A DNA stretch of 64,000 nucleotides from Euglena gracilis. Lineage: Eukaryota. Made by a program: the position numbers and the translations under genes. Location: contig CP154954.1 of NCBI GenBank assembly GCA_039621445.1, positions 12,642,716-12,706,715 of the forward strand. The letters are read 5' to 3'. Numbering within the stretch: the stretch's first letter is position 1; every line of letters begins with the position of its first letter. Shown here in pieces: positions 14,906 through 28,100 of this stretch. The notes beneath the pieces are model-generated. The model worked only from the letters and a program-made list of their open reading frames with translations. It was not told the DNA's origin and ran no database searches.

Positions 14906-16518
14906 CAGCCTCCCCCTCCCCCACCCCCGGGAGGGTGACGCAGAGCTCGTTTGTAACCGTCTGCAACACACAGACAAGAGCGTTCGGGGACGAGGGTTGG
15001 CAGGGTCGTCACCCCTGACGATGCCCCACCTGCCAGCCTGGGGTGAAGCCGCAACACGGACTGACAGCACACGCACCCACACCGACTGACAACACACTTC
15101 CCCCACAAGCACACACTCTCGGGTCGGCAAGAAGTTCCCCCCAAGGAGTTCCCCCAGCAACACCGATTTAGAAGAGAGATTTACGCAATGACCCTGCGTC
15201 CCATGGAGCTTTCCATGGCATTTTCCCCAGAATTGCATGGCACGGTTGTTTCGCACCCCCATGCCTCGCCCCCAGCGCCCCATTTTGTGGGCTAAACCCG
15301 CGACAGTTCTGCTGAGCAACCGGCGGCTCAGGTCACCCCCTCCCCCCGGGGTTGGTGCTGCGACGACCCCAGGACCGGCTGCTTAATTTGGGTACTCGCG
15401 CCCCAAGCCTTCGGGTGTGTTCCGTATTTTTTCGGCAATTTTTGCCGCTTTCCACACCGAAAGGGCCTTGTCTCGCCCTCCCCAAAACCCAAAGGGTGCT
15501 GTCCCGGAGGGTGCCCCGTAGGTAGCGGAGCCATTTTTCCGTCCCACGCTGCCTTGTTTTTGGGGGCCGGTTTTTTCAGCCCCACCCCCCCCTCCCCCAC
15601 CCCCGGGAGGGTGACGTAGAGCTCGTTTTTAACGGTCTGCACCAGACAAGAGCGTTCGGGGACGAGGGTTGGCAGGGTCGTCACCCCTGACGATGCCCCA
15701 CCTGCCAGCCTGGGGTGAAGCCGCAACACGGACTGACAGCACACGCACCCACACCGACTGACAACACACTTCCCCACAAGCTCACACTCTCGGGTCGGCA
15801 AGAAGTTCCCCCCAAGGAGTTCCCCCAGCAACACCGATTTAGAAGAGAGATTTACGCAATGACCCTGCGTCCCATGGAGCTTTCCATGGCATTTTCCCCA
15901 GAATTGCATGGCACGGTTGTTTCGCACCCCCATGCCTCGCCCCCAGCGCCCCATTTTGTGGGCTAAACCCGCGACAGTTCTGCTGAGCAACCGGCGGCTC
16001 AGGTCACCCCCTCCCCCCGGGGTTGGTGCTGCGACGACCCCAGGACCGGCTGCTTAATTTGGGTACTCGCGCCCCAAGCCTTCGGGTGTGTTCCGTATTT
16101 TTTCGGCAATTTTTGCCGCTTTCCACACCGAAAGGGCCTTGTCTCGCCCTCCCCAAAACCCAAAGGGTGCTGTCCCGGAGGGTGCCCCGTAGGTAGCGGA
16201 GCCATTTTTCCGTCCCACGCTGCCTTGTTTTTGGGGGCCGGTTTTTTCAGCCCCACCCCCCCCTCCCCCACCCCCGGGAGGGTGACGTAGAGCTCGTTTT
16301 TAACGGTCTGCACCAGACAAGAGCGTTCGGGGACGAGGGTTGGCAGGGTCGTCACCCATGACGATGCCCCACCTGCCAGCCTGGGGCGAAACCGCAACAC
16401 AGACTGACAACACACGCACCCACACCGACTGACAACACACTTCCCCACAAGCTCACACTCTCGGGTCGGCAAGGAGTTCCCCCCAAGGAGTTCCCCCAGC
16501 AACACCGATCCAGAAGAG
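14901..16518 (-). repeat. Tandem array of a 671-bp structured repeat (about 2.4 copies)
   Basis: Unit starts at about 14901, 15572 and 16243 are near-identical. A diverged reverse-complement copy lies at 44660-45380. Confidence 0.95.
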
Positions 16519-17544
16519 AAGGAGAGATAATGTGTGTGTGTGTGTTTGTGTGAGTGAGTAAGTGAGTAAGTGGGTGTGTGGGTGAGTGGGTGGGTGGGTG
16601 GGTGAGTAAGTGGAGAAAGTGGGAGTGGGCAAGAATTACACATTCAAACTGTTTCTGTATTAACCTGTGGCTGCCTTACGCCTAAAATTTGCCTGCTTCT
16701 TATCACCTTACCCCCTCCGTGGACTCTTGCCTTCCTCCCTCCTTTCCTCTCCTGAATTCAGGACCCTCCCTCTTGGGGGCTTTGCCCAATGCGCAGTTCC
16801 CAATCTGCACAATAATTACACACTTTTGGGGGAATAAGGAAGAAAACACCGAAAATTTGACACAAAATCGGTGTTCGGCCACAATTGAAGGCCGCCGAAG
16901 GTCACAGAAGCCACATTTAATAATTTGATCACCCCAAACATATATCCTTCCCAAATATAAAACCCTCTGAGGGTCTTCAATTCCCGCCCAAATATGAAGC
17001 CGGGGGGCTTCATATTTGGGTGTGGGTTTGTGCGTGATAGTAGTGCATATGTGTCCGGCATTTCAACCGCCGCCACTTTTCTGGGGACCATGGTGGCATG
17101 GAAGGAATCTTCTGGGGACTTTTCATTTATCTGGGAGTGCCCGCCTTTTTGGGGCGTCCGCAACACCTCTTCACCCACCCACCCTCTTCCCCATAAAAAA
17201 AATAAATCTTAAAAAAATTAAATTGCCATCAAAATTATGAAATAATTCCGGAGTAGCATTTGCATTGTAATTTGTGATTATCTGTATGCATTATATCACC
17301 CCCTTCTCCTGACATGCAAATTTAGCCCTTGCCCTCAACTTGTGAACCTGGACCCCATTTTTTGAGGTGTTTTGCACATATTGTGCATGGCTTTGCCCGA
17401 ATTATCAACACGTACCTCCCACCTAGCACCCCCCCCCCCTTGTTGTCCAAGTTGAACGGTGTCCATGACGCACGCCCCATGTCAATGACTCAATTCTGGG
17501 ACCACCGGGAATTTTTCGTGCGTTATTAGTAATAATGATAATAG

Positions 17545-17584
17545 CAACAACAACAACAACAACAGCAACAACAACAACAACAGC

Positions 17585-17628
<44 letters not shown>

Positions 17629-17630
17629 CT

Positions 17631-17663
<33 letters not shown>

Positions 17664-17706
17664 CCAACAACAACACCAACAACAACAACAACAACAACAA
17701 TAACAA
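17545..17706. repeat. (CAA)n trinucleotide microsatellite
   Basis: Direct reading. Confidence 0.98.
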
Positions 17707-20700
17707 GTGTGGCAGTGGGTATTTCTGTTAAAACAAAATAAAGGGGTACACTTATTATTCTATTTGAGGGGGGGGTCCAGGAGATGCAGTCCCCCTTGAT
17801 TGGTTTGGGGCACCAGGTTAGGGTTATGGTTAGGGTTTGGCCCGGCCGGCAGCCCGGGGTTATGTGGGGTGTTTACAGGGACCCATACAGGCCCAAAAAC
17901 GGTCCGGAGAGGCCGGGGGTATGTGGGGTGTATGTAGGCCACTAGGAGGTCCCCCATGGCTGGTTTGGGTCCCCGGCAGTTCCCCATCAGTTTTGGGCAA
18001 TTTTCGAAAAAAAATTTCACCATTTACCAGAAATTACAGAAGTTGTGCAATCGAGACGCAAAATCCAAATTTTGGGGTTGGTGAAGGAAGTGGGACCCCC
18101 GCCTCCAGGTTAACCCCCCCCCCCGCCAGCAAAGCTTTGCCTTTTGACTATTTTTTTTGCAGCCACCCGAAGGGCGGCTAGACAGTAACGCATTTTTGGC
18201 TTTCGGGGTTGCAAAATGGGCCGAAAAAAAGTCCAGCCAGCTCAAGTTTAGGGCCAAACGATCTTTGAGGGTTTTTTTTTATTGTGTTCACCAATTTTTT
18301 TGTGTTCACCTGTGTCCACCAAAAAAAAAATGTGTTCACCAGCATCCTTGTGAACACACTAAGTGTATGTCTGCTCAGGCTCCCCTTGCCAAAGCCTCCA
18401 AAGGCTGCACAAATTTAATAGTACCCAAGGCTCTAACCTGTCAAAGTGCTCATCTGATTGCCCACCACTTGCAATTCAATATCGATGACCCAATTGGACT
18501 GCACTCTGGCTTTCCAGCGCATGCCACCAGCTGAAGGGCTTATATGCCCACCATTAGTCTGTACACTCGTCTGTTTCAGAATTTTTTTGTTTCAAAAGAA
18601 CGGCAAATGCGGTTTTGAATGGTGCTGAGCTCTTAATGGGACTTGCACGTACTGGACGGCCAAAAAGACTACAAATTTCACGTAATTTATAATTTACAAA
18701 TTGCACACCTGCAATTTATGCTTACCTACAGTAATTTTTGAAATGTTGTGACCATGTTATATTTAGTTGGGTGCCTACCACAACCTGGGGCACAAAAATA
18801 GGGTGCCGAAAGGCTCCAAAAACTGCCTATTTTCAAGGAAAACGGTCTATTTTCTAACATTTCCGGAAATAATGTATGTTTTCTCGAGATATTTTTGAAA
18901 AATCGATTTTTTGACCAATGTTTGGACCGAAATGGCAGAGTTGGAAGAGCGTGGGTTGGTCAATCCCACCCAGTTTGGATTCCTTCGCGGGTGAAAGCTC
19001 GGGCCTGGTGGGGAGTTGGGGTCAAATGGATGTGATTCGGAAACTAGCCCGAGTTACAGCCATTTTTCATAAAATTGCCTGAAATGATATGTTTTGGCCT
19101 GTTGGTTCCGGAAAAGCTGTTTTCGAGCCGAAAATGCGGAAAAGCATTTTTTCGACCCCCCCCCCCCAGCGCCCCTTTTTTTGGTCCGAATCCCTTGCAT
19201 TTTGGATCATTTTCGGGTCGAAAAAAATCGAAAAATACAAGAAAAGGGGTAGGGGGGTTTGGGGGGGTCGCTGAGCTTTTAACATTTCAAAAATTATTGT
19301 AAGTTACCGTAAATTGCAGGTGTGTAATGTGTAAATCATAAATTACGTGAAATTTACATTACGTTCAAGTCCCATGAGCTCAGCGTTATCCTGGTCCCTG
19401 GTCCCCCCCCCCTGAAGCGGTCCACCCACCCTCCTCCTCTGCGGGGGCAAAAAAAATCTTCCGACGCTTCGGTTTGTATTTTAGGATTTTCTTGAGGCTC
19501 AATATGAAATTTTGCACTCAACGCGAGTAGTTCGGCGGCTGAAAAACTGAAAGGTTGGAAGGGGGGTGCCCCCCACCCCTAGTTTTGGAAGGGGGCACCC
19601 CCCCCCCTCTGAGATTCCCATACAATCCTGCACACCTGGGCTGTTATAAAGTGTGAATGCAATATTTTCAAAGAAAATGCCAATAAGTTCTTGCAATGCA
19701 TGCTTGTGCTTGTTTTGCTTCGATGTCTGACATTTTTGCGCATATTTTGGTGATTGTTGAGATTTGGCGTTGCCTGCGGCGCAGAAAATGGTGGACAAAA
19801 AATCATGGGAATATTGATTTAAAAAAAACCGAGGAAAACCGCATTTAAACAAAATCAACCTTTTAGGCAAAATGAAATTGATGACACTGTTTTTCATTTG
19901 AATGTTTTTTTTTCGGCAAAAAAAATAACCTAAAGTTCAAAAAATGGTAAAAAAATGTCTCATTTGATCTCTCCCTTTCAGTTCGAAAAGATGCTGAAAT
20001 CAAACGAAGTTTATTTGTTTCTCAAATTTGATTCCCCATGAGAGTGGGTCTTTTGAATACACCCAAAAATTGTGACACGAAAAATGGAAATGTTTTCTTA
20101 TAGTTTTGCCTCCCATATTTTTTTCCGCATTGCATATGGGTGTCGGTCAGTTTGGTAACATTTGGTGTACCTGGACAATTTCTTTTTTTTTTAACCAATG
20201 CAGCATGTTTGCCGATGCATTGTTTCCTGTTCCCTGTTAGCGCTCTGAATCGGTTGTGTTCGTGATTCGGTGTTTGGGGAGGTATTATTTTTCATTGAAT
20301 TTTTAGGCAGCTGAGCTCCAATTTTTGTTCAATTTTAAACCGTCCTGCGGGCATTTCTGTGGGATGAAAGCTGTGGTCGTGTAGTTTTGGTTTCGTGTAG
20401 TGTTGGTGCAGCATGATCGTTTGGATTGTTTCCTCAGCTGACCCCAGGAACGCTCTGCCAACCTCTTTCCGTTAGCGCTGAAAACCCCTTCAATGTCTCT
20501 TGAGGTGTGCACATCTTCCCTCCTCTTTGTCTGTTCATCAGAACATTCAAAATTTCCGTTGTCATTCAAAGTCACCATTTTGTTTGGTCCCAGACCTGTT
20601 CTTTTCGCCCCAGCAGAACACCTTCGTGGTTGGAAATGATTAACTGAAGTCATTATATTATTTCCCATCACCATGAAAAAAAATCTGAAGGTGCAAACCA

Positions 20701-21712
20701 ACGTGGAATGAGACGCCCCCGCCATCCACCTTTCAGAAGGACGCAATTGCCTGTCAAAGACACACCGCCTCAACGTCCACGATTGACACACGGCATCAAC
20801 ACAAGGCTCTTCGGATTTGCGGCCCTCAACTCGGTCGACGTCCCCTTTCCTCCTGCCTCGCTGGTGCGCAAGCACCTTTGTAGCTTATGGCCAACCTCGT
20901 GCCACAATCCGAGGTATATACCTCCATCCTGTGCACCCATCGTGCCAGTCGGCACCCGCCAGCTGAGAAACACTGATAGTAGCGTGTGATTGCACCACTG
21001 TGTCGTGCAATTTGTTTGATTTGGGAAATAAGGGAACGTTGTTTTTGACATATTGCTGGTTTTCTCTTCGGTTTCTCTTCTTTTCTGTTTCTTTTTTTTC
21101 AGCGGTCCATTTCCGGCGTTATTTGGATCTGCTCGGTCATGTAATTGTTGCTGTCAAAAGCGCATCATTCGATAGGAGAAGTGGCAGGTTTGTGGGGGCA
21201 ATTTTTATTTGAGATGGCTGCTGTGCTCATGGGAGCTGGGGAGCATTGTTGTGTGCTTCACAAAGCAAATTTTATTTTTGTTTCATCATATTTGCTTGGT
21301 TTTTTTGTGTATTTTGTGTATTCTGGCAATGCAATTTTTTGATCCTGGCAATATGACAAATTCTAGTTCATTTTTTTTTAATTAGTATTCAGTTTTTTAT
21401 AGTTAGCATTCAGTTCTGTGAGTTGTTTAAAATTTTGACCCCACTTCCTGGGGGTCCAGCCAGCCAGCAGCCTTTTCCCAGCCAGCAGCCTTTTTCCAGT
21501 TTCCAGCCCCGGACCCCGCTCCACCCCGTCAACGAGATTTAGTTATTTCCTGCCGTCCGAAGGTCGTGGGTCGAAAACAACCTGTGCAGGACATTTTAGG
21601 AGTCAAAGAGTGTATTTTTTGCGCAATTGGCTGTTTTTTGATCATTTTTTGCAATTTCGGTTTTTTCGGTACCCGGTTCGACCCCGGGTCGGCCCCAGCT
21701 CCAGCCCATGAT

Positions 21713-22185
21713 CAGGGGTTTTCTTAAGCCGGAGGGTACCCTATCCCCCCGCTGGTGGTCCAGCCAGCCAGCAGCCCAAATCCAGCCAGCAGCCCGGGCT
21801 GGGAGCCCCCCCCCCCCCCGGGGGGTTGAGTGAAATAAAGTTGGGTCCAGCCCGGCCGGAGGCCGGGCCAGCCGGCCGCAGACTGGTCAGCCAACTGGGC
21901 TGCCCAGCTCACCTGTCCCTGCACTTTTTCCCCTCATCACAGCTTCCTCCATCACAGCCCCCCAGCCTTGACCTAGCTCCATCCATCAAAATGTCGAGAA
22001 GGCAAAAATGTTTGAGAAAATTTTGTTTTTCATCGACGCAGCCGAGCCCAGCCCCCTCCAGCCCCGGACCCCCCCTCCCCCCCTATACCCCGGGGGGGGG
22101 GGGTCCAGCCAGCAGCTCATTTCCAGCCAGCAGCCTTTTTGCCAGCCGGAGGCTGGACCCCTGGGGGTCCTTCTGAAAACCCCTG
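21713..22185. mobile_element. hAT-like MITE (473 bp) nested in an older element
   Basis: TIR CAGGGGTTTTC / GAAAACCCCTG; TSD CCCATGAT / CCCATGAC (7 of 8). Confidence 0.85.
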
Positions 22186-25100
22186 CCCATGACCCATATG
22201 GGGAGGGTCAGCCAGCGAGCGGCCTGTTTCCAGCCAGCCCAGATTTTCCAGCCCCTGAGCTCGACCCCACTCTGGGGTCATCAAGCAACGTCATGGTTCA
22301 GTTGTTTTGTCATTAGTCTGTCTTTTCTTTTGGTTACTCCCCCGACCTGGTTGCTGGCCTTCAACAACAGGCATTTTCATCTGGGTGGCTCATTGGCCCC
22401 CCTAACAGCGAAGCCCCTTTTTTAGGCGTTTTCAGCTGGTTTGCCCGTTGGCCCCCTCAGTCCATTGGTGTCTACATCGGTGTCCTGAAATTTCCCCCTT
22501 GGTCTGTTGTGGCCAACACAACCGCAACGGGGGGGGGGGCATTTAACCTCATCCCAGACTTGCAACATTCCATCCGCCCCAACCCCACCTTTTCCCAGGC
22601 AAGCCATCCTCCCAACAAAATGCTCTCCTCTCTGTTGCTGCCCTGCGGTTCCGATGTGCGGGTTGCGTGTACGGGCTCCAGAGCGGCTCGGATGGCGTGC
22701 AGGCGATTGCCGCGTTTAGCCGAAGGTTGGGGTGGCGTCAACCTTCCCTGGATGAATATGCTTTTTGTGCTTGCATTGGATTGCATACAATTTTTAAATA
22801 CAAGACAGAAAACTCGCAGGGTCAGCGACCATGTTTTTGCAGGGATTGATTTCCAGAAAATCAATACATAGGCCGACAATCAGCAATTTTTTCCCCGTTT
22901 TTTTTGTCCTTTTTTCCCCTGGAGATTTCACTCCTGAAGTTTAGTTGTTGTGGTCGTTGGGGTTTAGGCGAGTCGGCCCGACCAGTGCACACCTGGGCCA
23001 ACCAGGACCGACTTCCGTAGGCAGGGTTACAAACAGGGCCGACCGGGGGGGATGCTGGCACACCCCGTGGACCACGTCATCAACGTGTGCACCGCATGGC
23101 GCAGCATGTGCACCATGTGGGAAGTTTCACTCATTTCCAACATTTTTTTTTGCATTTTGGCAACCTTTGGCCACTTTTGTCTTTCTCCATCTTCGGCTAC
23201 TTTGTACCCCCCCCCCCTCGTCGTACGACCACCCCTCATTTACGACCACCCCCCGGTCACAGTTTGCAGGTCATGGGGGTGTTATGACCACCCCCCCCCG
23301 GTCACAGGTTGCAGGTTGCGAAAAATTTAACACCACCTTACCTATGACCGCCACCTCATTTACGACCACCCCCCGGTCACAGGTTGCAGGTTATGGGGGT
23401 GTTATGACCCCCCCCCCGGTCACAGGTTGCAGGAACCCGGTCATACGACTTGGGGGGGGGTACAATTTTGGCTTTTTTTTTGCTTAATTTGGAGTCGTTT
23501 CCCATTTGAACCATTTTTTGTGCTACTGTTGGTCATTTTATGGCAACTGTTATGCAATTTTGACAGTATTTAAATTTCGATCCTAATTTAGCCAGTTCTT
23601 TTTACCTTTTGTGGTGGTTGCAGATATGGTGGCACAGAGTGCCGCACATGGTGCACTTGCGGCACCATGCGGTGCACGCCGAGCCGCGAAACATGTGATG
23701 CACGTGTTGCCGAAGCGTCCCGAATTTTGTCGGCCGAGTTATAGGAAGTGAGATTGTGAAGCTTTTCTCCCCGGTTCTTTTCAACCCTGCCCTTTTGGTG
23801 CGAGCACTCTCCCTCTCCTCATTCTCTGGTTTCTGTCTTGCTTACACTGCAAGTGAATGTTGTGAAGGTAATGAGCGCCTGCTGTGTTTCGAAACCGTCT
23901 AAAGTTTTGCTGAAAACCTATGAAGATAAAACAATGGCATTGTTGATCAGGAAGAGCCTCTACAGGGCGATGCAATTTCCACAGACAATGTGTTAAGTGT
24001 CACGAAGATGTCATGAGAATAATCCAAAGAGAAACAGATGATTGAAAAAAATGCAGGCATTGTGGGTCTCCGTCTTCTTCCATTGTGACCAACTGCATTC
24101 AGAAACCCAAAAAAAATCAAGGCGATATGGCCAACAAAACTCAATTTGTCTGACAGTTATGTAGAAAGTGATTTTTTCTGTGCTTGAAGCAGGGGTTGCC
24201 TTAAGCTGGAGGGGAACCAATTTGTGGGGGGACCAGCCAGCACCTGCACCTCCCCCAGCTCCTTTTTGTCTAGAGCCTTGGTTGGTGCCATTTGCGTGTG
24301 ATTTGTGAACCCTCAAGACAGTGCCGGTTGAAGCCATTTCCTGGTGGTGATAGAGTGGTAATAGAGTGGTAATAGAGTGGTAAAAGGGTGGGAAAACACG
24401 AACACCAACATGGAATTGCGCGCCATTGATCAGATGGAGCAAGTTTCGAATGATGGCTCAAAACGGTTAAGTTGGTTTTAAATTCAAATGGCCAAAATTA
24501 CTTGAAAGTTGCAGGAAAAAATGGCTCACCATGGCAAAATGGCAAAATGCCAAAATAGGTCTAAAACTGGCCCTCTGGAGATAAATTGACTGTTGAAGAG
24601 AAGAAAGCATTTGAAGACAATGTAATTTCTTAATTGAATGAAATGCATCTTCTGTCTGTCATATATTTTCCAGAAATTTCATGAAAATGCTGTACTGCAG
24701 TTGATTCTGCTGTCATTGAAGCTGGAAGAAAAGTGCTGGTTGGACCCCCCTCCTGGAGGGGTTAGTGTGGGTGGGTCCTGATCAGCTGCCGGGCTGGACC
24801 CGGCTCACACCATTGCTTAACACCTGTCTTACCCCACCCCCCCGGGGGGGGGGGGTGACTGACTGGTTTTTTCAGAGTGACTGACTGGTTTTTTGGCCAA
24901 GACCCCCCCGGGGGTGGGGTAGGCCCGAAAATGAATAAAGTGGCTGCCCTGCGCCGAAGACACCAGAAATTTTTTGTATTTTTTTGAGATTTTTTGGAAA
25001 ATTTTCCCTGTGTCTTATAGGTGGGGGTTTCTTATAGGTGGGTTTCAATGTCCGAAATTTTTTTGAGCTGACAAAAGGCCAAAAGTGGCCAAAAACATTC

Positions 25101-28100
25101 AAAAATTTCCTTTCGGCGCCTTCCGTGCCCAGTAAAATGGGGGTTTCTGAAAGGTGGTTGGGTTCAAAGCTCCCCAGGGGTTTCTTATGTGGGGGTTTCT
25201 TATAGGTGGGCGTCGGTCCAAAACTCCCCAAAGGGTTTCTTATAGGTGGGGGTTTCTTACAGAGGGGGTCTTATAGGTGGGGAGTCGCTGGCCTGCGAAG
25301 ATTTTATTGACCCCCCCCCCGAGGGGTCCTCCGTCCAATTAACTCCAAATGGCAGGTGTTGGCCGAAAAAACGATGTTGGCTTGCTGGACCCTCGGTGGG
25401 GGGGTATTGAGCGATCCGACTTAATAAATTCCCTGGGGGGCTCAGGTTTTCTATGTGGCTGAAGACATCAAAAAGTCATAGTAATTAAAATTATCGAATA
25501 TTCAAAACATTGTGTGACAAAAGGAGTTAAAAGTTTGACATATTCTGTGACAAAAAAAATTCCTGAGCCCTGACGGCCAAAAAATGTACGTGAATGTACA
25601 CAGATATCAGTGTTGAATCATGATTGCTTTGTTTTGACATACCCTCCTCAACCTCTGTCCCATTATATGCCGGCTGGAGCTGACCATGGCCAGAACACCA
25701 AATTTGGAATGAACCGTGGAGCTATTAGGAGCCGTGTAGGGGACCATATTTGCACGGTGGTCTGGGGCTGCTGAGGCTCTTGCAATCCCATCACCGCCAG
25801 TTGGCCATCCAAGTTGGCAGGGCTTTTGCAAATTGCTAAGGTGCACCTTAAACGGCCGGGAATGCATTTTTCACTTTTGGTGGTTTTTTGCGCCTTTGCG
25901 CATTCTTGACCAAGTGTGTTGCCATCACTTGACGGAGCAGCGCACCTGCCAACTGAAACCCGTAGTGCGAAAATGGGTACCACTGCTTTCGATCCCCGGG
26001 GTTTTTTCCTGGGTAAACCGACCTTTTTCGGTTTGAAAATGATGGTTTACCACCTCTGCCGACCGAGGGAAAAACCCCGTCTGGCGAAGTGGGTGCGACA
26101 CAAAACGCTGTTTCACAAGGAAGAACCTTGGTCAGTTGAAGCCGTTGTACCTGTTGCTGTCCCCCCCTTTTTGTGGTGCCAGTGAATGCGCAGTCGCATT
26201 CACCCCATCTTCATCAGCGCCCTTTCCTGAAGATTTGGGCGGTTATTGTGGCTCCCGGGGGTGGTTGTAGGAAGGACGTACCGTCATCTCTATGATTAGA
26301 GTGGAGGGGAGGTTCTGTGACCTGCGTTGGAAGCAGCGCACGAGGGGGCGATGGTGTGCGGTTAATTGTGTGGTTTGTATGATTTCAGAGAGTGGTGGGT
26401 GACAGTGTTTTTAAACACATGCCAGGTGTTTGTAAAGGAGGGCTTGGTGCATTTCACCCCTCCAAAACACATGCAGGCACAGCATCCCTCCAGCGTGCAC
26501 GGTGTCCGCTCTGCATGCGCCTTCTCAAAGGCACCACAGCACATCACCATGTGGGACCACCTGTGTTTAGGTCTGACGGATGGGATGGGGTGCTGGGTAT
26601 GGAGGGGGGGGGCTGGTTTGCACGCTTTTCCTGTGCGCCACTGGTTCCTAAAGCTCCGGAGTGGAACCCCGCTCCAACCCCCCCTTTTTTTGCCACGCAG
26701 AGCACCCTCCAAACAACCCTCACAAACGATACAAAATGGCTCCTGTCCAAGGTTGCATGAGGCACAAGAATGCGCACATGCGCACTCTTGAGGCCATTCC
26801 TTCGCTGGCTGGGTGTGATTCTATCTGAGAGAGCGGGATAGGAGCAACACTGGGCATCCACAAGAGTGCGCACCTGTGCATTCCATGAGGGGGAGTGCAC
26901 ATGTGCGCATTCTCTGTGTTGTGGGGAGTTGTTTCTCGCACTCTTGAACCCAGTGCCAGCAGAATATTATGCCAGGGCAACCCCTAGAGGCATTATTGCA
27001 CTGGTGGATGCTGCCAGAGGAGGGTGTATGTCTCCTGCGCTGTGTTCTGGGCTGGTTTGTTTGACATGGCCCTCGCACCAACCTCCTGCCAGCGTGCTTT
27101 AAGGGGAGACACAAGATGGGAATGTGCATGTGCGCATTCACCCCAATGTGCTATGTTTGACTGCAGCCATTGCGGATAAGGTGCTTGGAGAGAGTGTGTG
27201 CATATGTGCTTTCCTTGGACTTCACAGCGGCCAGCGGCCAGGCGTTGTTTTCAGTGCTGGAGCGTCGACTCTGAGTACATGATAAATAAGGGTTCTCTGT
27301 GGTGGGTGACGTTTGTTGCCAGCAAGGCCACAGTAGGTGGTCCTCCTCTGCTGTGTTTCGCACCAGGACTGCCTCATCCTCGGACAACATTCGATCCTCG
27401 CAGGGAGGTCTACCCTTCAACTGTGTGGTTTCAAACCCAGGCCAGGCGAGGGGGAGTTGGCGTGGGTGGTGGCCTGCTCACCTGAGAGTACAAAGTTCAG
27501 GAGTGGGCTGTAATTTAAAGAAAGGCACAGGACCCTTTTTTTTGCGCAAGTGCACATTCACCCACGTTTTACTCATGCCATGAAAGACTGCTTATCACAT
27601 TTGGGAATTAGGGTACCCGTCACTGAAGTCCCTTTCTCATCCGTTTTCCCATGGTGCGACACAGTGGAATAGGGCATATGGCACCACCGGAAACCCATGG
27701 TCTTTAATGATGTGCGTGTGCCTGACTCACGGTCTCAAGGGCCAGGATAAATTTTTTGGGCATGGACTGACCAATGTTGTTTGCTTCTTTGACTTCATTT
27801 GGATTAGGAAATGATTCTATGTTTGCAAACCGTTTTTGGGAAGTCGAAGGTGGCGGTGGTGGGCATGTTTCGCTCTCGAGGTGCCAACCCAGTGAGCCCC
27901 GTGTGTATGGAACCAGACACAATCCCCTGTGTTGACCCTAATTGTGGGGCACAGTGCTCCTTGCACCGTGCACTGCAGCCCAACGTAAGGTTGTTCAGGG
28001 CGACCATTTGGCTGTGTCACAGGCAAGGACAGCCACCGGATCCCACCGGATCCACCGGATCCACCGGATCCACCGGGTATTTTTTGACCATTTGACTGGT

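Noticed and set aside
17815-17838. Telomeric TTAGGG repeats
   Set aside because: Only two to three degenerate units, internal to repeat-like sequence; not a telomere array.
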